Shown: piece after piece, positions 10,168-20,561 of the stretch
Layout: every line of letters begins with the position of its first letter
Numbering within the stretch: position 1 is the stretch's first letter
Source: an uncultured Pseudomonadota bacterium
GTDB taxonomy: Bacteria; Desulfobacterota; Desulfobacteria; Desulfobacterales; Desulfobacteraceae
Length of the DNA stretch: 64,000 nt
Assembly (NCBI GenBank): GCA_937880875.1
Contig: CALGRI010000380.1
Location: 19,703-83,702 of the forward strand
Reading direction: 5' to 3'
Notes under the pieces: generated by a model
What the model saw: only the letters and a program-made list of their open reading frames with translations
What the model was told of the DNA's origin: nothing
Database searches by the model: none
Position numbers and translations under genes: made by a program

Positions 10168-12009
10168 TTACCAATCTTTTTCAACATGTTGTTCCTGTAG
10201 CACAGGTATCATTGCACCTCCAGGTTTGTCTTCAAGGCGGTTGAGCATATTCTCCAAAATCTGATTTGCCTGTTCAGACTGTTTATCTTCCTGGGATGCC
10301 GATTTATCCTCCTGGGACTGGGATTGTGTTTTTTCGGGCTTATCTTCTTGTTTGTTTTCAGGCCCTTGTTTATCCAGGGACTGTTTTTGTTCTTCAGCCT
10401 GTTTTTTGTCCTGGCCTGACTCTTTGTTTTGCTCTTTATTATCCTTATCCTTGTCCTGGCCTTTATCCTGGTCTTTGTCTGGGTCCTGCCCTTGTTTTTT
10501 CTCCTGATCTTCTTTGTTTTCTTTCTTGTCTTTGTCTTTATCAGATTGGGATTCAGGCTGTTGTTGCTCCTGCTGTTTTTGCTCTATTTGTTTTTGTCTG
10601 ACAATTTCCAGGTTTTCTTTTGCCTGGGTGTCATCGGGAAATTTTTTCAGGATATTTTCATACCCTTTGATGGCTTCATCCAGATTTCCCATTCGAAAGT
10701 ATGTGTTGGCAAGGTTATATTGGGCATCATGGGCAAGATTGGTATCTTTTGTTTTAAGGGCCTCCATAAAATTTTTCTCAGCCTGGTCATATTCATTGTT
10801 CATATAGGCAGCCGCACCAATATTATAATAGAGTTTTGCATTTTCCGGATCTTTAAGCTGGGCGTCAATAAAATGGGTTTTAGCCTGTTCATAATTTTGT
10901 TCCTCAAATGCTTTTATTCCAGAGTTTACGCTGGAAGAAACAGTTTTTGCAAAAGCCTGTCCATTCTGGGAGGTAAAAATGCTCAACCCAATTGCAAAAG
11001 CAATTATTGACACTCTTTTTAATTTCTTTTTTGAAGACAATATCAATTCTATCAGCAACAACACAATACAGGGAAAAAGAAACCATTGATACCTGTTTTC
11101 CCAGATCTTTTGTTTTCCTGATATCAAGGTCTTGCGTTCCATGGTTCCAAGGATTTTATCTTTATAAATCAGGTCAAGATCCATATCCCCGGCAACAGAT
11201 CTGACATAGGTTCCACCTGTCATGGCAGCCAGTTTTTCAAGAATTTTTGTATCCACCTTTGATAAAATAATATTGCCGGACACATCCTTTTTAAAACCGC
11301 CTTTTTCATCTGGGATTGGTGCGCCCTGGATGTCTCCCACCCCGATACTAAAAATCTTAATTCCCTGTTTGGCCATTTCCCTGGCAATATCTTCTACACC
11401 ACCTGAGGTATTTTCTCCATCCGTAATAAGAAGGATGGCTTTTTGGGTATCAGACTCTTTTTCAAAACCATTATAACACTCTTTAATTGCGTGATCGAGA
11501 TTTGTCCCGCCCACGGGCAGAAACCCGGGTTCCAGAACCTTTAAAAAAATATTAAACGCCTCATGGTCAAGGGTTAAGGGGCACTGAAGAATGGCTCTTC
11601 CGGAAAAAGCCACAAGCCCTGCCCGGTCGGATTTCATCATGCGCAAAAGATCAATGATTTCTCTTTTTGCCCGTTCCAGCCGGTTGGGCTTTATATCCTG
11701 TGCCAGCATGCTTTTTGAACAGTCAAGGGCAATCATTATATCCACCCCTTTCTGGGTGGTCTTTTCCCATCTATATCCCCATTGCGGAGCAGACAGGGCG
11801 ACAATTGCAAAGGCAAAAGCCATGATCACTAAAATTGTCTTTATCCATCTTCTTTTGGGATCAAACCCCGGAACAATGGAAGAGATCATATTTAATCCGG
11901 CAAATCCCAAAAGAATTTTTTTCCGCTTCAGGATGCCATACACCATGATACCGAACACAGGGATTAATCCCCATAATAAATTTAACAGATATGGACTTGC
12001 AAATTTCAT
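10168..12009 (-). CDS. batB: BatB/BatC fusion: VWA domain + TPR + charged low-complexity tail
   Basis: MIDAS motif DCSKSM, PNRLERAK, CPLTLD, LITDGE; TPR repeats; Q/K/D/E-rich linker; C-terminal EKDW. Confidence 0.88.
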   Translation of the reverse strand: MKFASPYLLNLLWGLIPVFGIMVYGILKRKKILLGFAGLNMISSIVPGFDPKRRWIKTILVIMAFAFAIVALSAPQWGYRWEKTTQKGVDIMIALDCSKSMLAQDIKPNRLERAKREIIDLLRMMKSDRAGLVAFSGRAILQCPLTLDHEAFNIFLKVLEPGFLPVGGTNLDHAIKECYNGFEKESDTQKAILLITDGENTSGGVEDIAREMAKQGIKIFSIGVGDIQGAPIPDEKGGFKKDVSGNIILSKVDTKILEKLAAMTGGTYVRSVAGDMDLDLIYKDKILGTMERKTLISGKQKIWENRYQWFLFPCIVLLLIELILSSKKKLKRVSIIAFAIGLSIFTSQNGQAFAKTVSSSVNSGIKAFEEQNYEQAKTHFIDAQLKDPENAKLYYNIGAAAYMNNEYDQAEKNFMEALKTKDTNLAHDAQYNLANTYFRMGNLDEAIKGYENILKKFPDDTQAKENLEIVRQKQIEQKQQEQQQPESQSDKDKDKKENKEDQEKKQGQDPDKDQDKGQDKDKDNKEQNKESGQDKKQAEEQKQSLDKQGPENKQEDKPEKTQSQSQEDKSASQEDKQSEQANQILENMLNRLEDKPGGAMIPVLQEQHVEKDW

Positions 12010-13005
12010 TTATGGTACCCTTAAAAACCGTGTGTTCGTCAAAACAATGTACATAACAAAAAGGATCAGGCCCAGGGCAAGCAATCCTTGATACAATTCC
12101 TTATACTCCACCCATTTTTCAACATCCACCTTTGTTTTTTCAAGGTTGTTGATCATCTCATAAATCTGTCCCAAAGATACTAAATCCCCTGCCTGGAAAA
12201 AACCTGCCTGGGTCTGTTTGGCAATTGTTTTCAAAGCATCAAGATCCACATCCACTTTCTGATACACATATTGTTTACCAAACAATCCATCCACAAGAAA
12301 AGGGGCTTCCCCTTTTGTACCCACGGCAATGGTATAAATTTTAACTTTTCTTTGAACGGCAATTTTTGTTGCATCCTGCCAGGAAAGCTCTCCTGAATTG
12401 CTTTTTCCATCTGTTATCAGAATAATAATATTGGATTTGCTTTTAATATCTTCCAGACGTTTTAAAGAGATGCCAATTGCATCTCCAATGGCGGTCATAG
12501 GTCCTGCCGCCCCGATTTTCAAACGGTCCAGGATAAAAGCAATGGTATTATAATCCCGGGTTAAGGGAAGCTGTGTAAATGCATTTGACCCAAAAACCAC
12601 CATGCCGATGCGATCCCCTTCCCGTTTCAAGATAAAGTCTCTGACCACAATTTTCACGGCTTCCAGGCGCGTTACAATCTCATTGTCCTTTTTAAAATCA
12701 AGGGCCCGCATGGATTCGGAAAGATCAAGGGCCAGGATAATATTAACCCCTTCTGTTGTCACGTTTATTTTCTTATCCCCCCACTGGGGTCTTGCAAGGG
12801 CAAGGATCAACAGGATCAGGGATATTATTTTTAAAACAGGAATAAATTTTGAGACCATTACCATAAAAGATGGAAAAAGCGTATCAAGGTCTTTTAACGA
12901 AGATACCTTGATTATACTTGTATTTTTCTTTCTGAACTTAAAAAAAATGACAAGGCAGAACACGACCAGCAATGATAAAAATAAAGGGGACGCAAATCTG
13001 AACAT
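12010..13005 (-). CDS. batA: BatA VWA domain protein
   Basis: ALARPQ, DLSESM, RLEAVK, PLTRD, TAIGDAIG, LITDG. Confidence 0.92.
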   Translation of the reverse strand: MFRFASPLFLSLLVVFCLVIFFKFRKKNTSIIKVSSLKDLDTLFPSFMVMVSKFIPVLKIISLILLILALARPQWGDKKINVTTEGVNIILALDLSESMRALDFKKDNEIVTRLEAVKIVVRDFILKREGDRIGMVVFGSNAFTQLPLTRDYNTIAFILDRLKIGAAGPMTAIGDAIGISLKRLEDIKSKSNIIILITDGKSNSGELSWQDATKIAVQRKVKIYTIAVGTKGEAPFLVDGLFGKQYVYQKVDVDLDALKTIAKQTQAGFFQAGDLVSLGQIYEMINNLEKTKVDVEKWVEYKELYQGLLALGLILFVMYIVLTNTRFLRVP

Positions 13006-13547
13006 TATTGGTTCTCCCCTTGTTTTTCCTTCTGTTTCATCAGATCTTTTTCTATTTGGGAAATTATCTTTTTGATAATGGAAAGGTCCTGTCTTGCCCC
13101 ATCTTTTTCAGGAACAATCCCGGCATATTTAAATGGATCACAATACCTTTGAAACTTTGCAATTTCTTTTTTTTGCACCTTATCAAAATCAAGAAGATTG
13201 ATCCCTCTAATAAATTCCTGGGAGGTCATCTCTATGGCATTGATACCAAAGGAACGGCCAATATATTTTCTTAAAACAGCTGTTAAATCAAAATAAAAAA
13301 GCCTTGGATCATTCATTTGTCTTTGAAAAAGAAGATCAAGTTCTTTTAACGCGGCGTCATATGGGGCCATGGGTTTGGGAAGATATCTGGGCTCAGTGAT
13401 AAGTTTTCTTTTTTTCAAGTATTTTTTTATCAGAAAAAACACCAGGACAAAAACAATGACCGCTCCTGATATCATCAAGATGATTTTAAGAAGCGCGGGA
13501 TCAAACCCGAACTGGACAGGGGGTCTTATATCGTGGATATCCTGCAT
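13005..13547 (-). CDS. DUF4381-like membrane protein of the bat cluster
   Basis: DIHDIRPP start, one TM helix, ALKEL, LRKYI, A.EMTSQE; located between the DUF58 gene and batA. Confidence 0.75.
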   Translation of the reverse strand: MQDIHDIRPPVQFGFDPALLKIILMISGAVIVFVLVFFLIKKYLKKRKLITEPRYLPKPMAPYDAALKELDLLFQRQMNDPRLFYFDLTAVLRKYIGRSFGINAIEMTSQEFIRGINLLDFDKVQKKEIAKFQRYCDPFKYAGIVPEKDGARQDLSIIKKIISQIEKDLMKQKEKQGENQ

Positions 13548-14426
13548 CTATCTCAATCGCCTTTCCCTGAATCTAAAGTATTGCAACAGAATATCAGATA
13601 CAGATGCAGAGGTTTCAAGTTCGATCACATCACTTTTTGCCTTGGAAAAAAGGCCCAGGGTTTGCTTGTGAGCAGTCTGTTTTATAGATGTAAATTCTTT
13701 TTGTGTTTTTTTATTGAATGCATCAAACATGATTTGTCTGCCCGTTTCAAAGTCAGACATGGTAATAATACCTTTTCCCGGCAGTTTAAATGCTCCTTTA
13801 TCATATATCCTTACCCCGATAACCTCATGCTTTTGTCGAATTCTTCTCAGACTTTTCAGATAACCTTCATCCAGAAAGTCAGACAGGACAAACACAAAAG
13901 ATCTTTTCCTGGATATTTTTGCCAGATAGTCCAAAGCTTCTGATATATTGGTGCCTTTGCCCTGAGGTGAAAAGGTGAATATCTCTTTTATCACCCGCCA
14001 GATATGGCTTGCGCCTTTTTTAGGCGGTATATATTTTTCAACCTGATCAGTAAAAAAAATCACACCCACCTTATCATTGTTTTTAATGGCATTAAAGGCA
14101 AGAACAGATGCCACTTCAGCAGCTTTTTCAAGTTTCGGGCCTGAAAATGTACCGAATTTTAAAGATGAGCTCATATCAATGAGCAGCATGACAATGCTTT
14201 CACGCTCTTCCTTGTAAAGCTTGACAAAGGGCTTGCCAAGCCTTGCTGAAACCTTCCAGTCCAGAGTTTTGACATCATCTCCTGGAGCATATTCCCTGAC
14301 TTCTTCAAACTCGATACCCGAGCCTCGGAACACGGATTTATACTGGCCGGCCATGATATTGTTTACGGAACGGCTGGATTTAATATGAATTCGTTTTATT
14401 TTTTTTATAATATGCGCGGGAATCAT
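13548..14426 (-). CDS. DUF58 family protein
   Basis: G.YKS.FRG.GIEFEEVREY.PGDDV..DWKVSAR; follows moxR. Confidence 0.92.
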   Translation of the reverse strand: MIPAHIIKKIKRIHIKSSRSVNNIMAGQYKSVFRGSGIEFEEVREYAPGDDVKTLDWKVSARLGKPFVKLYKEERESIVMLLIDMSSSLKFGTFSGPKLEKAAEVASVLAFNAIKNNDKVGVIFFTDQVEKYIPPKKGASHIWRVIKEIFTFSPQGKGTNISEALDYLAKISRKRSFVFVLSDFLDEGYLKSLRRIRQKHEVIGVRIYDKGAFKLPGKGIITMSDFETGRQIMFDAFNKKTQKEFTSIKQTAHKQTLGLFSKAKSDVIELETSASVSDILLQYFRFRERRLR

Positions 14427-14441
14427 TTAAAACTGCTCCCT

Positions 14442-15416
14442 TTAGGGCACCTCAACCGAGTCAAAAAGGGTCTGGATTATATCGTCCGTGGAGATATCTT
14501 CTGCCTCTGCTTCAAAGCTTAAAATAATTCTGTGGCGCAATACATCAGGGCCCACAAGCTTGATATCCTGGGGCGTGATATAGGCCCTGCCTGACAAAAA
14601 TGCATTCACCCGGGCAGCTTTTGCAAGAAAGATACTTGCCCTGGGGGATGCACCATATTCAATATATTCGGCCACATCCATCCCATATTTCTCAGGATTT
14701 CGCGTGGCAAATATCAGGTCTACAATATACTCTTTGAGTTTTTCATCCACATAGATCTGATCAATCACTTCGCCCATGGCGGCAATCTGGTCACAATTGA
14801 TAACTGGGATAATGGCCTCGGGTTTTTGAAAGCTGTTCTTTTTAAGGATCTCAAGTTCCTGGGTCTTGTCCGGGTAGCCAACCCGCACTTTGAGCATAAA
14901 CCTATCCACCTGGGCTTCAGGCAAAGGATAAGTCCCTTCCTGTTCAATGGGATTCTGGGTTGCAAGAACAAGAAAAGGGGTGGGTAACAAATATGTCTGA
15001 TCTCCTATGGTCACCTGCTTTTCCTCCATGGCTTCAAGCAGGGCCGACTGTACCTTGGAAGGCGCCCTGTTAATCTCATCAGCCAGGATAATATTATTAA
15101 ACAACGGCCCTTTTCTCGTTATAAAATCAGATGTTTTGGGGCGATAGATTTCAGTGCCCGTCAAATCTGCCGGAAGAAGATCCGGGGTAAACTGGATTCG
15201 CTTGAACTGAGCCTGCACCGCAGAAGCCAGTGCTTTTACAGCACTTGTCTTTGCAAGTCCTGGAACCCCTTCGATCAGGACATGCCCACCAGTTAAAAGC
15301 CCGGTCAAAAGACTGTCCACCAGTCTTTCCTGGCCCACAAGTTCCTTTGCGATCTCATTTCTAATACTGCTGATTAACAGATGATTTTTCTCTATTGATT
15401 CTTTGATCTGCTCCAT
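14442..15416 (-). CDS. moxR: MoxR-family AAA+ ATPase
   Basis: EGVPGLAKT, RIQFTPDLLPAD, LADEINRA, ATQNPIEQEGTYPLPEAQVDRF. Confidence 0.96.
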   Translation of the reverse strand: MEQIKESIEKNHLLISSIRNEIAKELVGQERLVDSLLTGLLTGGHVLIEGVPGLAKTSAVKALASAVQAQFKRIQFTPDLLPADLTGTEIYRPKTSDFITRKGPLFNNIILADEINRAPSKVQSALLEAMEEKQVTIGDQTYLLPTPFLVLATQNPIEQEGTYPLPEAQVDRFMLKVRVGYPDKTQELEILKKNSFQKPEAIIPVINCDQIAAMGEVIDQIYVDEKLKEYIVDLIFATRNPEKYGMDVAEYIEYGASPRASIFLAKAARVNAFLSGRAYITPQDIKLVGPDVLRHRIILSFEAEAEDISTDDIIQTLFDSVEVP

Positions 15417-15543
15417 AATTCTTTATGCCCTTATCCTTCAAATTTAATCGTGGCAAAATCTAATTCTTAACAATAAATTTTAACAAATATAATATTTCAA
15501 AATAAAGTGTCAAGAAAGGAAATAAGTAAGGAATAAACCCTCA

Positions 15544-16161
15544 CTACTTGTTTATCAGCTGATCAGCATAAAGGGAGGAAGTTATCTTTATCACTTTTAT
15601 AATGTGATCTCTAACAGCTTTTTTATCCTTTAACGAATAATTGCGGAAGGTCATTAAAATCCCTGTTATAGAAGCAATAAATGCGTGGGAATACAATCTT
15701 GACTTCTCATTTTTTACGCCATGCCTTACCAGAAGCTGTCCAAAAAGATCAAAAAAAATCTTGGTGACGGAATCAAACTTTCCCATAACAGGATTTGCCA
15801 GATTGTTTTTCAACATCAGATAGGTCATCATCTGAAATGTTGATTCATTTTCAATCAGGTGGTCGACAAATTTTATACCAAACTCTTCAATACTTGCCGG
15901 GGTATCCTTTTGAACCATTGCTTTAAACTCTTTGCTGGCAAAAGAAATATCCTGGAGAAACGCTTCATGAAATAATTCTTCCTGGCTTGGAAAATATCTA
16001 TAAATGGTTGCAGGAGAAATGCCTGCCTCTTCGGCAACTTCCCGCATGCCCACCTCAAAAAATGGCTTTCTGGCAAAAAGTGCCAACGCAGATTCAATGA
16101 CAATCTGTTTTCTTGCTTGTTTTTCTTTTTCTTTCAGCTCTGTAAATTTTGACTCAGTCAC
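15544..16161 (-). CDS. TetR/AcrR family transcriptional regulator
   Basis: HTH VGMREVAEEAGISPATIYRYF. Confidence 0.9.
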   Translation of the reverse strand: MTESKFTELKEKEKQARKQIVIESALALFARKPFFEVGMREVAEEAGISPATIYRYFPSQEELFHEAFLQDISFASKEFKAMVQKDTPASIEEFGIKFVDHLIENESTFQMMTYLMLKNNLANPVMGKFDSVTKIFFDLFGQLLVRHGVKNEKSRLYSHAFIASITGILMTFRNYSLKDKKAVRDHIIKVIKITSSLYADQLINK

Positions 16162-16346
16162 TAATATCCGACCCTTTCTGATTGCATATGATTGATTAAA
16201 TAGTCTTTTTAATTTATCATTTGTTCATTCATCTGACAAGACAAAAAATATCTCTATAAACATAAACAGCTACAGATATTGACGCTTCTTCCGAAAATTG
16301 ATACAAACGAATTTTATTTTAACTGATAACATAAAGATATTTTGCC

Positions 16347-16532
16347 ATGGAAATTATCATTAATAGAGATCTGTTTGATTTTGAAATCGGATACTTAATA
16401 AAAAGCCCGTGTCTGACTTGTGAGAATAAATCACGACTTCCCCGTTGTCATACAGACTGCCTTATCCTGGACCAAATCCAGACAATGCTTGCACGGGGCA
16501 TCTCCTCCCAGTCGGCTTCCATAGAGAGTTAA
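16347..16532 (+). CDS. Small Cys-rich protein (SPCxxC...C...C), possibly metal-binding
   Basis: 61 aa with four Cys; ends 6 bp before the phosphagen kinase gene. Confidence 0.6.
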   Translation: MEIIINRDLFDFEIGYLIKSPCLTCENKSRLPRCHTDCLILDQIQTMLARGISSQSASIES

Positions 16533-16538
16533 TCCCTT

Positions 16539-17561
16539 TTGAATCCCTTTATTTTTCCAGAAGAATCCAATAGTCTTGTAAAAAAACATTTATCACAAAA
16601 AATTTGCAAATTACTTGAACAACTAAATACTGATTCAGGGTTTACCCTGGAAAAGGCCATTCATTCCGGGCTGAAAAATCCTGACAGCGCCATTGGCATT
16701 TATGCTGGAGATGCCCAGTCATATCAAACATTTTCACCTGTTTTTGATCCTGTTATCTTGGAATACCATGGGGGGGTTGAAAACTTAAAACACAAATCTG
16801 ATATCAGAGAGCTTGACCTTCCTGTCCTTGATCCAGAAGAAAAATATATTCTGTCCACAAGGATAAGAATTGCCAGAAATCTTAAAGGATTCAGCTTCCC
16901 CTGTCACATGACCTTATCCCAACGCCGTGAACTTGAAAAAAAAATAATAACGGCCTTAAGCTGTTTAAAAGGCAATCTTAAGGGAAATTATTATTCTTTT
17001 GAACATGCTGATAAAAAAGAATTAAAACTGCTTGAAACAAAAAATTTATGGTTTCAAAAAGGCGATAGATTCCAGGATGCCGCAGGAATCAATTCTGATT
17101 TCCCCAAATGCAGGGGCGTGTATCTTTCTTTTGATAAACAATTGATGGTCTGGGTAAATGAAGAAGATCATTTAAGAATCATCAGCCTTGAAAAGGCATC
17201 AGACCTTTCAAAAGTTTATAACCGCCTATGCCAGGCCATTTTAGCATTAAGCCAAACCCTTGATTTTGCCTGGGACAAGACATACGGTCATCTTACTTCC
17301 TGTCCCACAAATATCGGTACATCCATGAGGGCCGGGGTCCATATTCAACTTGAAAAACTTGAACAAAAAAAAGAGCTTCTTTTCCAACTCATCAAGGCTT
17401 ACAACCTTCAAATCAGAGGAACCCGCGGGGAAAAAACAAAGATCGAAAATGCGGTATTTGATATCAGCAATAGTCAAAGGCTTGGAATTTCAGAATCCAG
17501 GATCATCCAGAATCTTCATGCCGGTCTTCTGGCCATTATAAAGGCTGAAAAAAGTCTTTAA
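16539..17561 (+). CDS. Phosphagen (arginine) kinase, ATP:guanido phosphotransferase with N-terminal domain
   Basis: WVNEEDHLRIIS, CPTNIGT.MRA.VH, STRIRIARN, DISN..RLG; N-domain DSAIGIYAGD..SY..F...FDPVI..YH. Confidence 0.92.
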   Translation: MNPFIFPEESNSLVKKHLSQKICKLLEQLNTDSGFTLEKAIHSGLKNPDSAIGIYAGDAQSYQTFSPVFDPVILEYHGGVENLKHKSDIRELDLPVLDPEEKYILSTRIRIARNLKGFSFPCHMTLSQRRELEKKIITALSCLKGNLKGNYYSFEHADKKELKLLETKNLWFQKGDRFQDAAGINSDFPKCRGVYLSFDKQLMVWVNEEDHLRIISLEKASDLSKVYNRLCQAILALSQTLDFAWDKTYGHLTSCPTNIGTSMRAGVHIQLEKLEQKKELLFQLIKAYNLQIRGTRGEKTKIENAVFDISNSQRLGISESRIIQNLHAGLLAIIKAEKSL

Positions 17562-17581
17562 ACATCTCATTATCCTGTCCA

Positions 17582-17597
17582 TGGCATAAAAAATGCT
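17582..17597 (+). promoter_or_regulatory. Candidate sigma54 (-24/-12) promoter of msrAB
   Basis: TGGCATAAAAAATGCT has GG-N10-GC spacing and lies 41 bp upstream of the msrAB ATG. Confidence 0.55.
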
Positions 17598-17638
17598 TTA
17601 TTCAATTTAGACTGTAACGCATTTTATGAGGTGACAGC

Positions 17639-18730
17639 ATGAAAAAAACTAAAACAATATATTGGATACCTGCATTGTTAATTATTGCAGGCATTTTAAT
17701 TCAGATAATACCCGCATCAGGGTTAGACCAAAGGAGAACAATCGGCATGGATACTAAAAACTCTGAGACCGCTGTCTTTGCAGGCGGTTGTTTCTGGTGT
17801 GTAGAATCTGCTTTTGAAGGAATTGATGGTGTTTTAGATGTTATTTCAGGATACACTGGAGGCCATGCAGACAACCCGACCTATGAGCAGGTCACATCAG
17901 GCACAACCGGGCATTATGAAACGATCAAGATAACCTTTGATCCTGATATAATCACATATCAGGAACTGCTCAAAATTTTTTTTCAGCAGATCGACCCCAC
18001 TGATCCTGATGGTTCCTTTGTTGACAGGGGAAGCCAGTATAGTTCTGCCATTTTATATCAGAATGACACCCAGAAAAAAGAGGCCTTAAAAACCATTGAA
18101 AAAATAAACCGATCAAAGCTTTTTGATACCCCTGTGGCAACACAGGTTCTTAAATTTAAAACATTTTATGATGCAGAAGTGTATCATCAAGATTATCATA
18201 AAAAAAATCCCATCCGTTACAAATTTTATCGGGCAGGCTCGGGAAGGGATCGCTTTATTGAAAAAAAATGGAAAGACAAAGGACATATATTTGATACGGA
18301 TATGACTCATGAAGTCAGTCTTAAAGAAAGACTGACCTTTATTCAGTATCAGGTCACTCAAAAAAATGGTACAGAGCCGCCTTTTAACAATGAATACTGG
18401 GACAATAAAGAACAAGGTATATATGTGGACATTATTTCCAATGAACCCTTGTTTTCTTCCCAGGACAAATTTGTCTCAGGTACTGGGTGGCCCAGTTTTA
18501 CAAAGCCTGTAAACATGCAATCCATAAAGGAGATAGAAGACAAAAGCCTTTTTATGAAACGAGTTGAGGTGCGAAGCAAAAAAGCAAATTCCCATCTGGG
18601 ACATGTGTTTGATGACGGCCCAAAACCCACAGGATTAAGGTATTGCATCAACTCGGCATCCTTAAGGTTCATTCCAAAAGAAAACCTTGAAAAGGAAGGA
18701 TTTAAAGATCTTTTACCCTTATTTGATTGA
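17639..18730 (+). CDS. msrAB: Bifunctional methionine sulfoxide reductase MsrA-MsrB with signal/anchor sequence
   Basis: MsrA AGGCFWC, GYTGG, AE.YHQDY; MsrB GTEPPF, GWPSF, HLGHVF.DGP, RYCINS. Confidence 0.96.
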   Translation: MKKTKTIYWIPALLIIAGILIQIIPASGLDQRRTIGMDTKNSETAVFAGGCFWCVESAFEGIDGVLDVISGYTGGHADNPTYEQVTSGTTGHYETIKITFDPDIITYQELLKIFFQQIDPTDPDGSFVDRGSQYSSAILYQNDTQKKEALKTIEKINRSKLFDTPVATQVLKFKTFYDAEVYHQDYHKKNPIRYKFYRAGSGRDRFIEKKWKDKGHIFDTDMTHEVSLKERLTFIQYQVTQKNGTEPPFNNEYWDNKEQGIYVDIISNEPLFSSQDKFVSGTGWPSFTKPVNMQSIKEIEDKSLFMKRVEVRSKKANSHLGHVFDDGPKPTGLRYCINSASLRFIPKENLEKEGFKDLLPLFD

Positions 18731-19654
18731 GTAAAAGGTGAGCAAACACTTGTCACAAATGCCGGCCCCTATAAAAAAAAGCATGGAAAGATTTATGGCA
18801 GCAAATGGAAATGAAATGTTTTGTTTTTTGCTTTTAAACAATATGGTTGAAACTAGAAAAATAATTATAATAGCATTCAGACCGGAAAAAATTGATAATA
18901 AATAATTTTCTATGGATCCGTTCATTAAAAACAATAATATGGCAAGGCTGAAGAAACTTGTCCAGATCATGATCTGCAGTTTGATTTCATTTTGAGAAAA
19001 AATATTTGTAAAGCAGGGGAATCTGTTCGGATCATCTGTTTTGGATTGGTGCTGCATGGTTTTTAACAGGATAATAAAAAAATGGGAGATCTGCCATAAA
19101 CCAAAAACACCCATGAGAATCAAAATATCGGGGTATAGTATGGATTTTCCTGTGGCTGCCCATCCGATTAATGGAGGAAGTGTACCGCTAATACTCCCGA
19201 AAACGATTGCCAGCAAAGATCTCTTTTTCAAAGGGGTATAAATACCATTGTAAAAAAGCACTGCCATCCCGCCCCAGAAAAAGGGGACAAACCCTCTGAC
19301 AAACAGCAGACCTGAAAGTCCGCAAACGATCATTGCCAGACAGATAATCTTTGCATGAAGCACAGGCACTTTTTGCTGCGGCAGACTTCTGTGGCATGTT
19401 CTTTTAAAAAACCCGTCATACTCTCTATCCTGAACATTGTTCAGGACAGCCGAACCGCAGGCCAAAATCAATACAAAAAATCCCAGGAAAAGAGAGTCAA
19501 AAGAAAAACTCCGGGCAGCCATCACATGGCCCAGAATAGCAGAAAGGCCTATATACAGGCACAATTGTATTTTAAACAATGACAAATAATCTTTTACAAG
19601 ACAACAAGACCCTTTAAGCGCAACCTGGGAAAAAATTATTTTATCACCATGCAT
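18719..19654 (-). CDS. ctaB: Heme o synthase (protoheme IX farnesyltransferase, UbiA family)
   Basis: LNN.QDREYD...RT..R.LP, YTPLKK, G.LPPLIGW, LWQ..HF; last gene of the cox operon. Confidence 0.85.
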   Translation of the reverse strand: MHGDKIIFSQVALKGSCCLVKDYLSLFKIQLCLYIGLSAILGHVMAARSFSFDSLFLGFFVLILACGSAVLNNVQDREYDGFFKRTCHRSLPQQKVPVLHAKIICLAMIVCGLSGLLFVRGFVPFFWGGMAVLFYNGIYTPLKKRSLLAIVFGSISGTLPPLIGWAATGKSILYPDILILMGVFGLWQISHFFIILLKTMQHQSKTDDPNRFPCFTNIFSQNEIKLQIMIWTSFFSLAILLFLMNGSIENYLLSIFSGLNAIIIIFLVSTILFKSKKQNISFPFAAINLSMLFFIGAGICDKCLLTFYSIK

Positions 19655-20255
19655 CTTTTTTGTTTATCCATTCTTCATATTCTTCCGAAGAAACCACCCT
19701 TACAACCCCTGTCATACTTGAATGATCACTACCACAGAACTCGGTACACTGGAAAAAGTACTCGCCCTTTTTGTCCGGCAGAAACCAGGCATAGGTATAG
19801 ATACCTTTCACTGCATCCACCTTCACCCTGAATGCAGGAATAAAAAGGCTGTGAATCACATCTTCCGATGTAATGTTCAGCTTGACAGGCGTGTTTACAG
19901 GCACCACGATTTCATTTTCAGTCTCCTTTCCCTCGGGATAATAAAAAAGCCAGGAAAAGGACTGGCCTGTCACCTCTATTTCAAGGGCACCTTCAGGAAC
20001 ATTTCTAAGGCCTGTATACGATTTCCATCCGGATACAAACATTAAAAGGGCTATAACGGTGGGAACAATCACCCACACTGTCTCAAGTATCCAATTTCCC
20101 CTTATATCTGAAGGGGTTTTATTCTTACTTCGTCTGTACCGGATAACAAACCATATCATCACAAGTGTAATGGCAAACAAAAAAACAAAAGAAAAACCGA
20201 TAATAAAATAAAAAGATCTGTCAACCAAGGTGACGGGATTTACGATATCATTCAT
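19644..20255 (-). CDS. coxB: Cytochrome c oxidase subunit II (CuA; no fused cytochrome c)
   Basis: Two TM helices; DVIHS; CTEFCGSDHSSM CuA motif. Confidence 0.95.
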   Translation of the reverse strand: MNDIVNPVTLVDRSFYFIIGFSFVFLFAITLVMIWFVIRYRRSKNKTPSDIRGNWILETVWVIVPTVIALLMFVSGWKSYTGLRNVPEGALEIEVTGQSFSWLFYYPEGKETENEIVVPVNTPVKLNITSEDVIHSLFIPAFRVKVDAVKGIYTYAWFLPDKKGEYFFQCTEFCGSDHSSMTGVVRVVSSEEYEEWINKKDAW

Positions 20256-20263
20256 TTTTTACC

Positions 20264-20551
20264 TCATCTGAATCCAACATCCCAGAATGTAAAACTGATC
20301 ATGATGCCAAGAAAAAAAATAGTTCCAAGAAAAGAAAAAACCAGCACCCTTCCCTCATATTTCATATGCATGAAAAACAACAAAACAATAGATCCTTTTA
20401 TGGAGGCAATGATAAGGGCAATCCAGACATTGAAATTTCCAAGATCAATATAGGAAACTGACACAGTAATGCCGGTTAAGGCCAATAACGCCAAAAGAAC
20501 TATAAAAAGGGTTTTATATTCAAAATAATGCAAAGTCTGTGTCATTTTCAT
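20264..20551 (-). CDS. coxD: Cytochrome c oxidase subunit IV
   Basis: LL.LT..TV, IA..K...V..FFMHMKY; operon position. Confidence 0.88.
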   Translation of the reverse strand: MKMTQTLHYFEYKTLFIVLLALLALTGITVSVSYIDLGNFNVWIALIIASIKGSIVLLFFMHMKYEGRVLVFSFLGTIFFLGIMISFTFWDVGFR

Positions 20552-20561
20552 AGAGTGCTTC

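Noticed and set aside
10290-10600. Low-complexity repeats and long antisense ORFs
   Set aside because: They encode the Q/K/D/E-rich linker of BatB/C; the antisense ORFs are by-products.
16539-17561. McsB protein-arginine kinase
   Set aside because: It has the phosphagen-kinase N-terminal domain and lacks ctsR/mcsA/clpC context.
17639-18730. Selenocysteine form of MsrA or MsrB
   Set aside because: Catalytic residues are ordinary Cys codons (GCFWC, RYCINS); no in-frame TGA.
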